64,000 nucleotides of DNA. Origin: Alphaproteobacteria bacterium (GTDB lineage Bacteria > Pseudomonadota > Alphaproteobacteria > SP197). The stretch lies in NCBI GenBank assembly GCA_964291415.2, contig OZ219918.1:928001-992000 (forward strand). Direction: 5' to 3'. Below, piece after piece: positions 21,681 through 32,078 of the stretch. Positions within the stretch are counted from its first letter, which is position 1. Each line of letters opens with the position of its first letter. The notes under the pieces were generated by a model. That model was not told the origin of the DNA. It worked only from the letters and a program-made list of their open reading frames with translations, and ran no database searches. Both the position numbers and the translations under genes were made by a program.

Positions 21681-23195
21681 TCAAACCATGTTCGGGAGCC
21701 TGTTCCGCTGGATCTTGCCGGAGGGGCCCTTGGGGAGCGTCTCGAGAACATGGATACGGTCGGGGGCGCGGAAGACGCCGACCCTGGAGCGGCAGTGTTC
21801 GATGAGCTGCTGCACGGTGACGTTGGAAGCCTTCGTGAGGCGCACCGCGGCTTCGACGCGCTGTCCGTAGTCGCTGCACGGCTGCGCGAAAGCGGCGGCC
21901 TCGACGACATCGGGATGGGCATAGAGGGCATCGTCGATCTCGCGGGGCGCAATGTTCTCGCCGCCCTTGATGATGAGTTCCTTCAACCGGCTCGTGACAT
22001 ACACGTAGCCGTCGCCGTCGACATGGCCGAGATCGCCCGTGCGCAGCCATCCGTCGGGCATGATCGTGTGTCCCGTCGCTTCCTCATCGTCCAGGTAGCC
22101 CTCCATGACATTGGGGCCGCGTACCGCGATCTCCCCCGCCTGCCCAGGTCCGAGGATGCGCCCGCCGCCATCGAGAATGGCGACCTCGTTGCCGAAGGCT
22201 ATGCCCGGAGAGCCGATCTTGCGAAGGGCGGGGGGCAGGGGATTGGCGAGTATCTGCGCGGCGGTTTCGGTCAGGCCCATCGTCTCGATGATTGCGATGC
22301 CGAAGCGGGCCTCGAAAGCCTGATGGACATCCGGCGGAAGCGCGGAGGAAGCCGAACGGCCGAATCTGAGCCGCCGCACCGCATCTGCGTGCGGTTCCGC
22401 GTCATGGTGGAGCAGGCGCGAGATGATCGTCGGCACGACGGAGAACCAGGTGGCTTCGTGCTCCAGGCAGTCGTCCCAGAAGCGCCGCACCGAAAACCGC
22501 GGGCAGACGATCACCGAACCGCCTGAGACGAGCGGCGCCATCAGGGTGACGCAGAGACCGTTGATGTGGAAATGAGGAAGAACGCAGAGCGCCCGATCCT
22601 GAGGGCCGAGGCGGTGCGCCGTGGCCGTGGTCCATCCTCCTGCAAGGAGGCTTCGATGACTGTGAAGCACACCCTTGGGCCGGCCTGTCGTTCCGGAGGT
22701 GTACATCAGCAGGGCCGGATCGCCTGCTGCGGGCGAGAAGCCCGGCTCCGACGATTCGGGCATCTCCTGCGAGCCCGCAAGACCATCGGCATCGATGACG
22801 GCGAGACCGTCCAGACCTGCTTCGTCGAAAGACGTGTGCTCGTCGGCGCCGACGATGGCGAATCGGGCGCCGCTGTGGCGCACCGCGAATCGCTGGGCCT
22901 CCGCGCCGGTCGCGAGGTTTATCGGTGTCGCCCGGAATCCTCCGAGGAAGAGGCCGAAAAGAACGAGAACGGCCGCGCGGCCGTTGTTGAGGAAGGTCGC
23001 GACACTCTCGCCCCTGACGGCGCCGGCGGCCTTCAGACGGCGGGCGACCCTTGCGGCGCCCGTCCGCAGATCAGAGTAGGAGAGTTCCGGCGACCCGTCG
23101 GTAAAGAGATGGCTGACCGCATGGGGGGTTTCGCAGGCTCGCCGTTCGATCCAGTGACCGACCGAGCCGGCTGGCGGACCGCCGTCTGCCGTCAT
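21681..23195 (-). CDS. sauT: Acyl-CoA synthetase, probable sulfoacetate--CoA ligase
   Basis: YTSGTTGRPKG, ETMGLTE, LRTGDLG, LIIKGGENI; ATGA overlap with sauS. Confidence 0.8.
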   Translation of the reverse strand: MTADGGPPAGSVGHWIERRACETPHAVSHLFTDGSPELSYSDLRTGAARVARRLKAAGAVRGESVATFLNNGRAAVLVLFGLFLGGFRATPINLATGAEAQRFAVRHSGARFAIVGADEHTSFDEAGLDGLAVIDADGLAGSQEMPESSEPGFSPAAGDPALLMYTSGTTGRPKGVLHSHRSLLAGGWTTATAHRLGPQDRALCVLPHFHINGLCVTLMAPLVSGGSVIVCPRFSVRRFWDDCLEHEATWFSVVPTIISRLLHHDAEPHADAVRRLRFGRSASSALPPDVHQAFEARFGIAIIETMGLTETAAQILANPLPPALRKIGSPGIAFGNEVAILDGGGRILGPGQAGEIAVRGPNVMEGYLDDEEATGHTIMPDGWLRTGDLGHVDGDGYVYVTSRLKELIIKGGENIAPREIDDALYAHPDVVEAAAFAQPCSDYGQRVEAAVRLTKASNVTVQQLIEHCRSRVGVFRAPDRIHVLETLPKGPSGKIQRNRLPNMV

Positions 23196-24604
23196 CGACC
23201 GCATTCGGTCCAGTAGTCGGCGAGCACATCCTCGAGAACGGGCTCCCGGGCCGGGATTGTCCGCACCACGCGCGTGATGTTGAGAAAGTGCTTCCAGTGG
23301 AGGTTCTCGTCGATCGAGTTGCCGCCCCAGCTGCCGCACCCCATGGAGAGCGAGAATGGCACGCCGTTGTCGAAGGAGCCGCCGGTGGCGATGGCGTGGG
23401 CCTGGTTGACGATGATGCGGCAGGCGGGAAGCGTCAGTCCGAGGTCGACCGCGCGCTGGTCGAGGGCGGTATGAAGACCCACCGAGTGCCCTGCTCCGGC
23501 GTGCTGAAGGATGCGCGTGACGATCGCCTTGGCGTGTGCGAAGTCCCGGGCGCGGTAGAGCGCTGTCACCAGCGAGATCTTTTCACCCGCTATCGGGTGG
23601 TTCGGGCCCGCATGTTCGGTTTCCACCGCGAGAAAGCGCGTTCCGCAAGGGACCTTGCCATCGAGCTCGAGAATGTTGATCAGCACGTCGCAGTTCCGTG
23701 CGATGGCCAGCGGGTTGAGTTTGCCGCGGGGCCAAAGACGATCGACGACATGGCTCTCGTAGGAGGGATCGAGGATGGAGCATCCCTCGTGTACAAGCGC
23801 CGCGGCAAAGGAGTCGTAGACGGTATCGACCACGACCAGGGCGTTTTCCGAGGAGCAGGACGTCGCATTGTCAAAGGTCTTGGAGCGCGCGATCCTTGCC
23901 GCGGCGGCGCGAACGTCGGCGGTTTCGTCGACAATGACCGGGACATTGCCGGTGCCTACGCCAATGGCGGGTGTGCCCGAGGAGTAGGCGCGCCTCACGT
24001 TGTCCTGCGAACCGGTCACGACCACGAGATCCGCCCCCTCGAGAAGTCTCTGGGTTCTCGCCTTGTTACCGGGAGCGGGGATCATCTGGACGAGACCGGG
24101 ATCGACGCCGGCCTTCGAGAACTCATGGTGGATGTAGTCCAGCAGCTTCCCGCACGCTTCGGTTCCCTTTGGCGATGGCGACAGCACGATGGCGTTGCCG
24201 CACTTGAGGGCATTGATGATGTTGTTGGCCGGCGTTGCGACCGGGTTGGTCGATGGGACGACGGCGCCGATCACGCCGATCGGCCGTGCGATCTCGGTGA
24301 TTCCTCTCTCGCGATCTTCGGCAATGACCCCGCATGTCGCGACAGGCGCGATATCGCGCAGCAGACCGAGTGTCTTGCGATGATTCTTGGCGACCTTGTC
24401 CTCGACATTGCCGAGTCCGGTCGTCCGGACCGCAAGTTCCGACAATGTCCGGTTGCGGTCCGGTTCCAGCAACGCCCAGGCGACCGCCTGGGCGGCCCTG
24501 TCGTAGCGCGCCTGGGTTGCGCCCGTTTCGTAGCGCGCCTGAGCCGCCCGGGCCCGGGTCAGGAGATCGTCGACAACAGCGATATCATTCTTGAGAGCCA
24601 TCAT
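23192..24604 (-). CDS. sauS: Acylating sulfoacetaldehyde dehydrogenase
   Basis: KNHRKTLGLLRD, VPSTNP, GVGTGN, SKTFDNATSCSSEN, GAGHSVGLH, PFSLSMGCGSWG. Confidence 0.85.
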   Translation of the reverse strand: MMALKNDIAVVDDLLTRARAAQARYETGATQARYDRAAQAVAWALLEPDRNRTLSELAVRTTGLGNVEDKVAKNHRKTLGLLRDIAPVATCGVIAEDRERGITEIARPIGVIGAVVPSTNPVATPANNIINALKCGNAIVLSPSPKGTEACGKLLDYIHHEFSKAGVDPGLVQMIPAPGNKARTQRLLEGADLVVVTGSQDNVRRAYSSGTPAIGVGTGNVPVIVDETADVRAAAARIARSKTFDNATSCSSENALVVVDTVYDSFAAALVHEGCSILDPSYESHVVDRLWPRGKLNPLAIARNCDVLINILELDGKVPCGTRFLAVETEHAGPNHPIAGEKISLVTALYRARDFAHAKAIVTRILQHAGAGHSVGLHTALDQRAVDLGLTLPACRIIVNQAHAIATGGSFDNGVPFSLSMGCGSWGGNSIDENLHWKHFLNITRVVRTIPAREPVLEDVLADYWTECGR

Positions 24605-24633
24605 CTGTCCTCGCCAGCATGACCGTCCGGGAG

Positions 24634-24663
24634 GGACCGGGGCAGGGGAGGGCGCCCCGGTCC
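24634..24663. other. Intercistronic stem-loop after the TTT binding-protein gene
   Basis: GGACCGGGGC-N10-GCCCCGGTCC. Confidence 0.45.
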
Positions 24664-24674
24664 GACCCGAGGGT

Positions 24675-25637
24675 TCAGAGATCCTTGAGAAGTTCGCGAA
24701 GATACACGTCGCGCTCCTCCCACATGGCGAGGACTTCCTCGCGGTTCATGACGTGAACCGGGGATCCTCCCGCGGCCATCTTGCCGAGAACGCGGGAGTT
24801 CATGAACATCTCCGGCACGATGCTCGCGAGTTTCTCGACAATGGCGTCGGATGTCCCCTTGGGAACCATGATGCCGCGGAAGTTGACGGAACTGTCGTCG
24901 ACGTCGAGGCCCTCCTCCATCATGGTCGGCACGTCGGGGAGGAACTCCTCGTTCCTCTGGATATCCGCTACCGCGAGGATCTTGATGTTGCCGGCTTCGC
25001 GGGCGCGGAAGGCGTCCGAGAGATTGTTGATGCCGGCCATCACGTCACCCGCGATCACTGCCTTCATGGCTGCGGCGCCCCCGCCCTTGGTGGGAACGTA
25101 CTGCATGGTGACGCCGGCGGCCTTCTCGATCTGCAACGCGGCGATATGGTGTCCGACGAAGAGGCCAGCGCCCGAGAAGGTGAGCTTGCCCGGGTTCTCC
25201 CCCGCCCAGCCAATGACATCCGCCATGGAATTGAAGGGGCTGTCCTTGCCGACAATGAAGACAGCCGGGTCGGCGCCCCAGTTGGCGATGGGCTCGAAAC
25301 TGTCCTTCGAGTATTCGACCCCGCCCTTGATGCTCTGTGCGATGAAGTGCGGAACGTTGTAGGCGGCGAGCGTGTATCCATCGGCCTCCGCCTCGGTGGC
25401 AAACCAGTTCCAGCCGACGCGGCCGCCGGCGCCGGGCTTGTTGATGATCGCGATCGGCACGCCCAGGGCGTCTTCGTTTCCGGCGGTCATGGTGACGATG
25501 CGCGCCTGGAAGTCCGTGGCTCCACCGGCGCCGTAGGACACCATGAGCATGATCGGCCGGTCGGGATATTCATCCGCCTCGACCGTTCCGGCGACTGCGG
25601 CCAGTACCAGTGCGAGACCTGCAAGGACGTGTTTCAT
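24675..25637 (-). CDS. Tripartite tricarboxylate transporter substrate-binding protein (TctC/Bug)
   Basis: Signal peptide, YPDRPI, GAGGATD, NKPGAGG, DGYTL. Confidence 0.92.
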   Translation of the reverse strand: MKHVLAGLALVLAAVAGTVEADEYPDRPIMLMVSYGAGGATDFQARIVTMTAGNEDALGVPIAIINKPGAGGRVGWNWFATEAEADGYTLAAYNVPHFIAQSIKGGVEYSKDSFEPIANWGADPAVFIVGKDSPFNSMADVIGWAGENPGKLTFSGAGLFVGHHIAALQIEKAAGVTMQYVPTKGGGAAAMKAVIAGDVMAGINNLSDAFRAREAGNIKILAVADIQRNEEFLPDVPTMMEEGLDVDDSSVNFRGIMVPKGTSDAIVEKLASIVPEMFMNSRVLGKMAAGGSPVHVMNREEVLAMWEERDVYLRELLKDL

Positions 25638-25674
25638 GGAAGTTCTCCTTTTGTGTGGACAGGCTCGTGCCTGC

Positions 25675-26130
25675 CTAGATGAACAGTCCTCGTGGTGTGA
25701 ACACCTTGAGAACAATGGAAAAAAGAAAGTACATCACGGCAAGATACCCGGCCGTGACGGCAAGTCGCTTCAGCCATGTCCGGACCTGGTCGTGGGGTGC
25801 CGGATCGAAAAGCGAGAGAATGACGACGAATGCGATCGCCGACGAGGTGTAGAAACCAAGCCATTTTGCCGCGAAGAAGACGTAGACACCGGCCACAACG
25901 ACACCCGGCAGGATGTTCCACACCAGTTCCCGGGTGATACCGCCTTCGGCAGCCTGCGGGTCAAGGAGCGCCCGCGCGAATGTCCAGCCGGCCAGGGCTA
26001 CGAAAGCCACGGAGATCAGTCTGGGAAACAGAAAGGCCTCGGCGGGGGTCTGGCTGAAGCTGATCCAGCATACCCAGATTGAAACGAGCAGAATGATGCC
26101 GGAGGCCAGGCGCGGCTGCAGGGCGGTCAT
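25675..26130 (-). CDS. Tripartite tricarboxylate transporter small subunit TctB
   Basis: About 150 aa, four hydrophobic segments, FPR and LGF motifs, between tctA and tctC. Confidence 0.85.
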   Translation of the reverse strand: MTALQPRLASGIILLVSIWVCWISFSQTPAEAFLFPRLISVAFVALAGWTFARALLDPQAAEGGITRELVWNILPGVVVAGVYVFFAAKWLGFYTSSAIAFVVILSLFDPAPHDQVRTWLKRLAVTAGYLAVMYFLFSIVLKVFTPRGLFI

Positions 26131-27638
26131 GGTGCGCCTCCTCCCGCAACTCCGGTGCGTCGCGCGCGAAGCTCCGCGTGGAGCGAGTAGCCGACCGATG
26201 CAACGACGATCGCGACGAGAAGAAGGTTGAGCGTTCCCCCGAAGAAGTAGGCGAACGGCCCCACCGTCGCTTCGGCGATCAGCGATCCCTGGATGAAATT
26301 GGATTCGGCGATGGGCCCCAGGATGAGGCCGAGGACCAGCGGCGCGGCGGAGAAACCGAACCGTTCCAGGAAGTACATCATGATGCCGAGGGCCGCCATG
26401 ACATAGACGTCGCCCATGGAATGCTGGACCGAGTAGGATCCGAACACCGCAAGGCCCAGGACAATCGGCGCCATGATCGACTTCGGGACCAGCGCCACGC
26501 GGGCCGCAAGCGAGGCGACGTAGAGGCCGAACACGCACATCAGAATCTGGCCGATCAGCATCGAGTTGATGAACGGCCAGGCGACATGGGGATGATTGTC
26601 GAAGAGATCGGTGCCGGGAAAGATGCCGTGGATCAGCAGCCCGCCGAGCAGCACGGCGGCGGTCGGGCTGCCGGGAATGGAGAGGGTCAGGAGCGGGACG
26701 AGAGAGGGACCGACCATCGCGTTGTTGGCGGATTCGGCGGCAATGATGCCCTCCGGATGGCCGGTTCCGAACTTGTCGCGTTCAGGAGACACCTTGCGTG
26801 CCTGATCATAGGCGACCAATCCGGCGATCTGTCCGCCGATACCGGGAATCAGCCCTATGACGGAACCCGAAACGGTGCCGATCACCACGGCGCGCAATCT
26901 CGACAGGAGCTCCCGGACTGCCCGGGAGAGCGGGTGCCTCTCGACCGAGATGGCCTCGATCGATGACGACCGCCGGCCATCTGCGAACATGGCGATGACC
27001 TGCGGAATGGCGAACAATCCGATGAGGGCCGGAACGATACTGATGCCGCCGCTCAGGGAGGAATGGAAGACAAAGCGCTGCACACCGAGAATGTCATCGA
27101 ACCCCACTGTCGCCAGCCACAGCCCGATGCATCCCGACAGCAGGCCCTTGACGACGCTGGATGTGCCGAGAGACCCGATGATCGTGACGCCGAGTATGGC
27201 GAGCCAGAACAGTTGCGAGGGTCCGAAAGCAAGCGCCCATTCGGCCAGAACGGGTGTCAGGAAGATCAGAAGCGCGACTCCGATGAGGCCTCCGACAAGC
27301 GAGGCAAGGAAAGCAAGCTGGAGGGCCCTGGCGCCCTGGCCCCTGCGTGCCATTTCGTGTCCGTCGAGGGTCGTGGCGATATTGGCCGGCGCTCCCGGTA
27401 TCTTCAGCAGGATGGCGCTGACCGCGCCGCCGGCGACCGTGGAGGTGTAGGCCGCGCCCAGCAGGATCAACCCGTGCACGGCTTCGAGCTGAAACGTGAA
27501 GGGAATCAGCAGGGCAACGGCCATCGTCGGGGAGAGCCCCGGCGTGGCGCCGAGGATCAGGCCACCGATCGTTCCGCCGATGAGCAAAAGCATGGCCGGG
27601 ACCGTAAACACGTCCCCGAAGTAGGTCAGGAACTCCAT
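26127..27638 (-). CDS. Tripartite tricarboxylate transporter large subunit TctA
   Basis: GATPGLSPTMAVALL, IPGAPA, DGHEMA, AESANNA, LSIPGS. Confidence 0.93.
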   Translation of the reverse strand: MEFLTYFGDVFTVPAMLLLIGGTIGGLILGATPGLSPTMAVALLIPFTFQLEAVHGLILLGAAYTSTVAGGAVSAILLKIPGAPANIATTLDGHEMARRGQGARALQLAFLASLVGGLIGVALLIFLTPVLAEWALAFGPSQLFWLAILGVTIIGSLGTSSVVKGLLSGCIGLWLATVGFDDILGVQRFVFHSSLSGGISIVPALIGLFAIPQVIAMFADGRRSSSIEAISVERHPLSRAVRELLSRLRAVVIGTVSGSVIGLIPGIGGQIAGLVAYDQARKVSPERDKFGTGHPEGIIAAESANNAMVGPSLVPLLTLSIPGSPTAAVLLGGLLIHGIFPGTDLFDNHPHVAWPFINSMLIGQILMCVFGLYVASLAARVALVPKSIMAPIVLGLAVFGSYSVQHSMGDVYVMAALGIMMYFLERFGFSAAPLVLGLILGPIAESNFIQGSLIAEATVGPFAYFFGGTLNLLLVAIVVASVGYSLHAELRARRTGVAGGGAP

Positions 27639-27713
27639 TCCGCCTCTTGCTGCTTCCTCCGACAGCACGAACTTTCTGCCCGCAATCTGGAATGGTAGGG
27701 GATGAAAACAACG

Positions 27714-27729
27714 ATGCAAACGTTTTCAT
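27714..27729. promoter_or_regulatory. LacI-family operator
   Basis: ATGCAAACGTTTTCAT near-palindrome with the central AAACGTTT LacI core, plus half-site ATGAAAAC at 27702, between divergent tctA and LacI genes. Confidence 0.7.
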
Positions 27730-27760
27730 TGGGGGAATTTGGTCTAGACTTGGTGGCGCG

Positions 27761-28798
27761 ATGGCAAGGCGGCATGTGGATATCGTTCACGTTGCAAGAC
27801 GGGCCGGGGTGTCTCCGGCGACCGTGTCGCGTGCCTTCAATCATCCTTCGCTCGTGCGAGCCGATACACGGTCGAAAATCTCGGCAGCGGTCGACGAACT
27901 CGGCTACATCCGCAACCGGGCGGCGCGATCCATCCACGGCAAGAGAAGCGGAACCATCGGCCTCATCGTTCCGACCGTCGACAACGCCATCTTCTCCCGG
28001 CTGATCCAGTCGTTTTCCGATGCCTTGAACCGCAAGGGCTTCACCCTCCTGCTGAGCGCCCACGGCTACGACCTTGAACGGGAGAAGGACCTGCTGCGTT
28101 CCTTTCTCGAGCATCGTGTCGACGGTATCGCGGTGATCGGCCTCGATCACGAGGACGCCACGTTCGCCCTGATCGAGGCCCGCCACGTGCCTGCGGTGGC
28201 GTTGTGGAACCATGATGGCGACTCGCGGATGTCCTGCGTAGGGCCCGAGAACCGCCAGGCGGGCTACCTGGCTGCGCGGCACCTCGTGGATCTCGGCCAC
28301 CGGCGGATCGGCCTGCTGTTTCCACCGACACCGGGCAACGACCGTGCGGCATCAAGGCTCGAGGGAGCCGAGGCGCTGCTGGAAGAACGCGGGGTCGATG
28401 TGCCGGACCGCTGGCGTATCGAGGCGGTCTACAGCATCGCGGCAGCCAAGCGAGCCTTCATCGACCTCATCGGCGACGGCGACATCCCGACGGGCCTCGT
28501 GGCTGGCAACGATGTCCTTGCCCAGGGCGCCGTGTTTGCGGCCACAGAGTGCGCGGTCTGTGTCCCCGACCAGGTGTCCGTGGTCGGGATCGGAGACTTC
28601 AGCGGTTCGGCCGAGATGACTCCTTCCCTCACGACGGTGCGGTTGCCGGCGGCCGGGATCGGCGAGGCAGGGGCGGAAGTCCTGCTCGAACTGGTGCGTT
28701 CCGAACGGCGCCATCCGCTGATCCGGCGCAATCTCCCGCTCGAACTCGTCACGCGCGCCTCCACGGCGCCACCGCCTGCCCCTGGAGAAGGAGCGTGA
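27761..28798 (+). CDS. LacI-family transcriptional regulator
   Basis: IVHVARRAGVSPATVSRAFN HTH, LGYIRN, LGHRRIG, PSLTTV. Confidence 0.95.
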   Translation: MARRHVDIVHVARRAGVSPATVSRAFNHPSLVRADTRSKISAAVDELGYIRNRAARSIHGKRSGTIGLIVPTVDNAIFSRLIQSFSDALNRKGFTLLLSAHGYDLEREKDLLRSFLEHRVDGIAVIGLDHEDATFALIEARHVPAVALWNHDGDSRMSCVGPENRQAGYLAARHLVDLGHRRIGLLFPPTPGNDRAASRLEGAEALLEERGVDVPDRWRIEAVYSIAAAKRAFIDLIGDGDIPTGLVAGNDVLAQGAVFAATECAVCVPDQVSVVGIGDFSGSAEMTPSLTTVRLPAAGIGEAGAEVLLELVRSERRHPLIRRNLPLELVTRASTAPPPAPGEGA

Positions 28799-28996
28799 CA
28801 ACGGTGTGGTGGTTGGTGACGTCGACCTGATCATGGATCGTAGACATCGTTGACGAGCAAGCACGCCGACTGGCACAGGCGTTCGGCAGAACAGTCGCCG
28901 AGCCAGTCGATCTGCTTGAGCCGCGCACCTCCACCTTGAGGTCCCGGCATGCCAGCCCACGAGGGTCAGCCCAGCGATCCTCGTGTTCCGCGACAA

Positions 28997-29221
28997 CACG
29001 ACGCCGTCAGGGAAGGAGCGCGGGTCCTGGTCGTGGACGACCTGATCGCCACCCGAGGCACCGCGATGGCAGCCGTTCGCCTGCTGCGCCGCGCCAGCGC
29101 CAACATCGTTGGCGCGGACCGCGTTCGCCAGCGCGGCGTTCCCTGCCACTCCCTCGTCAGCTTCCGAGCATCGGCAGTTGTCGTCCGGCGACAAGAGGTA
29201 ACGTCCTTCCATGGCCGCGAA
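28997..29221 (+). repeat. Decayed direct-repeat copy of the apt 3' end and downstream DNA (partner about 21183-21443)
   Basis: ACGACGCCGTCAGGGAAGGAGCGCGGGTCCTGGT...GACGACCTGATCGCCACC...CCCTGCCACTCCCTCGTCAGCTTC...CCATGGCCGCGAA shared; internal deletion and lost stop in the copy. Confidence 0.95.
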
Positions 29222-29325
29222 CTCGAACGATGCCAGTTGGAGGTTGTCCCGAAGGAACCCGACTTCGGGTACGACACCCAGAGCGGCCCTTCTCAGTGCC
29301 CTTCGGCGCTCAAGCCCTGCCGTGA

Positions 29326-29430
29326 GTGATCCGCAAGCTCCCGGACTTGACCAGGATTCACCGCAACGGTATCCCGCTGGTCCGGCTCAAGAGGATGTTC
29401 CCCACGGCGAAGGCGCAGTGTGTGACACTG
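29326..29430 (+). pseudogene. Possible IS1595-family transposase N-terminal remnant
   Basis: HRNGIPLVRLKRMFP resembles the recalled HRxGISLxxLxxMFPD start of IS1595 transposases; nothing further retained. Confidence 0.3.
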
Positions 29431-29588
29431 CATTGGCTGCGGATCAACGAACGCGCAGCCCGGCAGAGCACGAGACGCCGTTTCGTTGCCATGAGCGGCA
29501 ATGTCACAGACGCTTCGCTGCGGCGACTTCACCTCTGGCACCGCGGTGAATTCGGGAACGAGAATGTGACCATGGTCAGGAGATAGCC

Positions 29589-30752
29589 ATGTTCCAGCAA
29601 AGCAGGATGTCAGAAACCAAGGCCACCTCGACCTGGAAGGTCGCCAGGCCCGAGGACGCTCACCAGTTGCCGTCGCGCTATTACTATGACGAAAACCTGC
29701 ATCGCGAGGAGCTCGACAAGATCGTCTACCCGGGATGGCACATGGCTTGCCACAAGAACGAGATTCCCGAGATCGGCGATTACGTCCTGCTCGACATCTG
29801 TGGTCAGAGCATCTTCGTCGTTCGCACTTCGGATCGCGAAATTGCGGGATTTCACAACGTTTGCCAGCACCGCGGATCATTGCTTCTTGGGGCATCGCGG
29901 GGAAAGGTCGAGCGCACGATTCGCTGCCGGAACCATGCGTGGTGCTATGGCCTGGACGGGGCGCTGCGCACTGCGCCCGCAGCAAGGGATGTCGAGGGCT
30001 TCGACCGCTCGAGATACTCGCTGAAACGCGTGTTGGTCGAAGAGGCCATGCACTGCATCTTCGTGAACATGGACCTCAATGCGGGTTCGTTGGGAGAGTC
30101 CATCCCGGGTGCCGCCGAATTGATGGCCGAGAGAATTCCCGACCTGGCGGACATGCGCCTGATTTCGGAAAACAGCTATGACGTCGAAGCCAACTGGAAG
30201 ATCATTATCGAGAATGCGATCGAAGGATATCACTTCAAGCTGTCCGACATGGGGCCCTATCATCAACAATTGATCCAGCACATCAACTGCAGGGAATATG
30301 ATCCGACGGCTTACGGAAAGTTCTGGGTTTACCAGGGCCATCGAGGGGAGCGTCTGACGGAAGCATATGGCAAACCGGTCGGCGATGAGCCGTTTCAGAC
30401 GGAATGGTTCTTCAACATGCAAATCTGGCCGATGACGACGCTGTTCACATTTCCCTATGTTGATTTCTTCGGCACGTTCAATCTCATGCCGCTCGGACCG
30501 GAAAGGACCAGGGTGGGTTTCAACTACTATCACCCGGACCGCGACGTCAGCGATGTCACCAGGGCATGCATCGAGTTCCAGACCAATCTGCTGGGTCCGG
30601 AAGACATTGCCCTGAATGAACTGCAGCAGCGCGGCATGCGGTCATTCGGGTACGACGCGGGCCCCTACATGGTGAACGACGCCCGGAAGGACTGGAGCGA
30701 GCATCTCCTCCATCACTTTCACGCCCTGATCCACGACGCGATGGCAGGCTAG
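29589..30752 (+). CDS. Rieske non-heme iron oxygenase alpha subunit (choline monooxygenase/CntA-like)
   Basis: CQHRG...CRNHAW Rieske ligands, ANWKIIIENAIEGYH, PEDIALNELQQRG, SEHLLHHFH. Confidence 0.9.
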   Translation: MFQQSRMSETKATSTWKVARPEDAHQLPSRYYYDENLHREELDKIVYPGWHMACHKNEIPEIGDYVLLDICGQSIFVVRTSDREIAGFHNVCQHRGSLLLGASRGKVERTIRCRNHAWCYGLDGALRTAPAARDVEGFDRSRYSLKRVLVEEAMHCIFVNMDLNAGSLGESIPGAAELMAERIPDLADMRLISENSYDVEANWKIIIENAIEGYHFKLSDMGPYHQQLIQHINCREYDPTAYGKFWVYQGHRGERLTEAYGKPVGDEPFQTEWFFNMQIWPMTTLFTFPYVDFFGTFNLMPLGPERTRVGFNYYHPDRDVSDVTRACIEFQTNLLGPEDIALNELQQRGMRSFGYDAGPYMVNDARKDWSEHLLHHFHALIHDAMAG

Positions 30753-31084
30753 AAGTCCGACATGCACCGACCGCATTTCACGATGCTGTCCCTCGAAGCG
30801 CAAGATTCGTCCCCTGACGGCTGGTGATGGATAACGCCCAGAATCACGACCAAATCAGCGCTGACGCCGTATGCAATCAGGCGAGCGCCGTTGACGGTCG
30901 GTTCACGTGCCACCGGTGCCGGCACTCTCAGGGCAAACAAAGAAAACAAGGGGGATTACATACGAAAAGCACAAGTCCCGAGGCGTTCTGACACCATTTC
31001 CCAGACGACCGTGAACGACCTTGTGCCCGGAACGCATTTCCACAGACTCGATGCAACTGCCGTTTCGTTCGGCTAGTCGTCCCC

Positions 31085-31843
31085 CTATGTCATTCCCCTA
31101 AACTCAACCATGAGTGGAGCTGCTTCTTTACGGGGTCGAGCTTCTGTATCCACCCACGCCTTGCTGAGGCGCCGTGCTAGGGATTCGCTTGCCAATGCGA
31201 GATGAAGCCGAGAGGTGCCTTCGGCACTCCATCGAAAGCCGAAGGTAAAGCCGCGCGCCTGTTTCGGGTCTGGATGGGCCTCGCGATAGAGGTCGATGAA
31301 ACCCTGGTCCAGCAGCCGTTCAAGCGTGCTCTGCTCCCGTACCGAGTACCAGGGTTGTCGCGGTGGACCGTCCGCCCTGACGATGACGTTAAAGTCTCCG
31401 CACAACAAGCAGTCCCTGCTCGCATAGTCCGCACTACCTACATGGTCTCGCAAACGGTTCAACCACGCTACTCTTTGTGCAATCGCCGCGTCGGGTTTCT
31501 GACCACCCCCGTACGGAGCGTACACCGAGGCGATGCGGAGGCGGCCGATGTCCACGGCCAGAAATCGTGCTTCCTCCCCTTGGGAGTCCGGCAACCGGTC
31601 AGCGAACAACTCGGGTCGTCGCAGGTGGCAACGGCTTAGGAGCGCAACCCCAAGGTCCGACGCCGACACTCGACCAAGAAACACGCTCTCGTATCCGATG
31701 CCGCGTAGCGATTCGGTCGGGAAGTCCTTCGCCGCTCCAATTTTCTGGAGCGCTACGATATCCGGGCGCTGCTTGAGCAACCAGTTCCGAAGGTAACTCC
31801 ATCGTGTACGCATGGTATGGATGGAGAGAGTAGCGATCTTCAT
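31085..31843 (-). CDS. Exodeoxyribonuclease III (EEP-fold)-like protein with substituted catalytic residues
   Basis: MKIATL, PDIVALQK, GVALLSR, EARFL, SVYAPYG, LCGDFNV, GFIDLYR, APL. Confidence 0.85.
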   Translation of the reverse strand: MKIATLSIHTMRTRWSYLRNWLLKQRPDIVALQKIGAAKDFPTESLRGIGYESVFLGRVSASDLGVALLSRCHLRRPELFADRLPDSQGEEARFLAVDIGRLRIASVYAPYGGGQKPDAAIAQRVAWLNRLRDHVGSADYASRDCLLCGDFNVIVRADGPPRQPWYSVREQSTLERLLDQGFIDLYREAHPDPKQARGFTFGFRWSAEGTSRLHLALASESLARRLSKAWVDTEARPRKEAAPLMVEFRGMT

Positions 31844-32078
31844 GGTGGAGCACGACCAAGCCATTTGAATCGCCAAATCAAACGCAGAAACGAACTCGCT
31901 GCAACGATGAACTGCCGACTGCCCGGATAGCCGTTCCGGCTCCGCCACAAACGTTCGGCGAAATCCGTCCACACAGGCCGGTTTCATGGAATTGTCCGTC
32001 GGTCTTGCGGCTGTGAGTGGGCGTCGAGGTCGAGAGGTTTCTGAAATCCGTGGAGCGGCGCTTTGCTGATGACACCCT

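Noticed and set aside
28800-28990. Possible dehydrogenase gene fragment (WIVDIVDEQARRLAQAFG)
   Set aside because: Too short to assign
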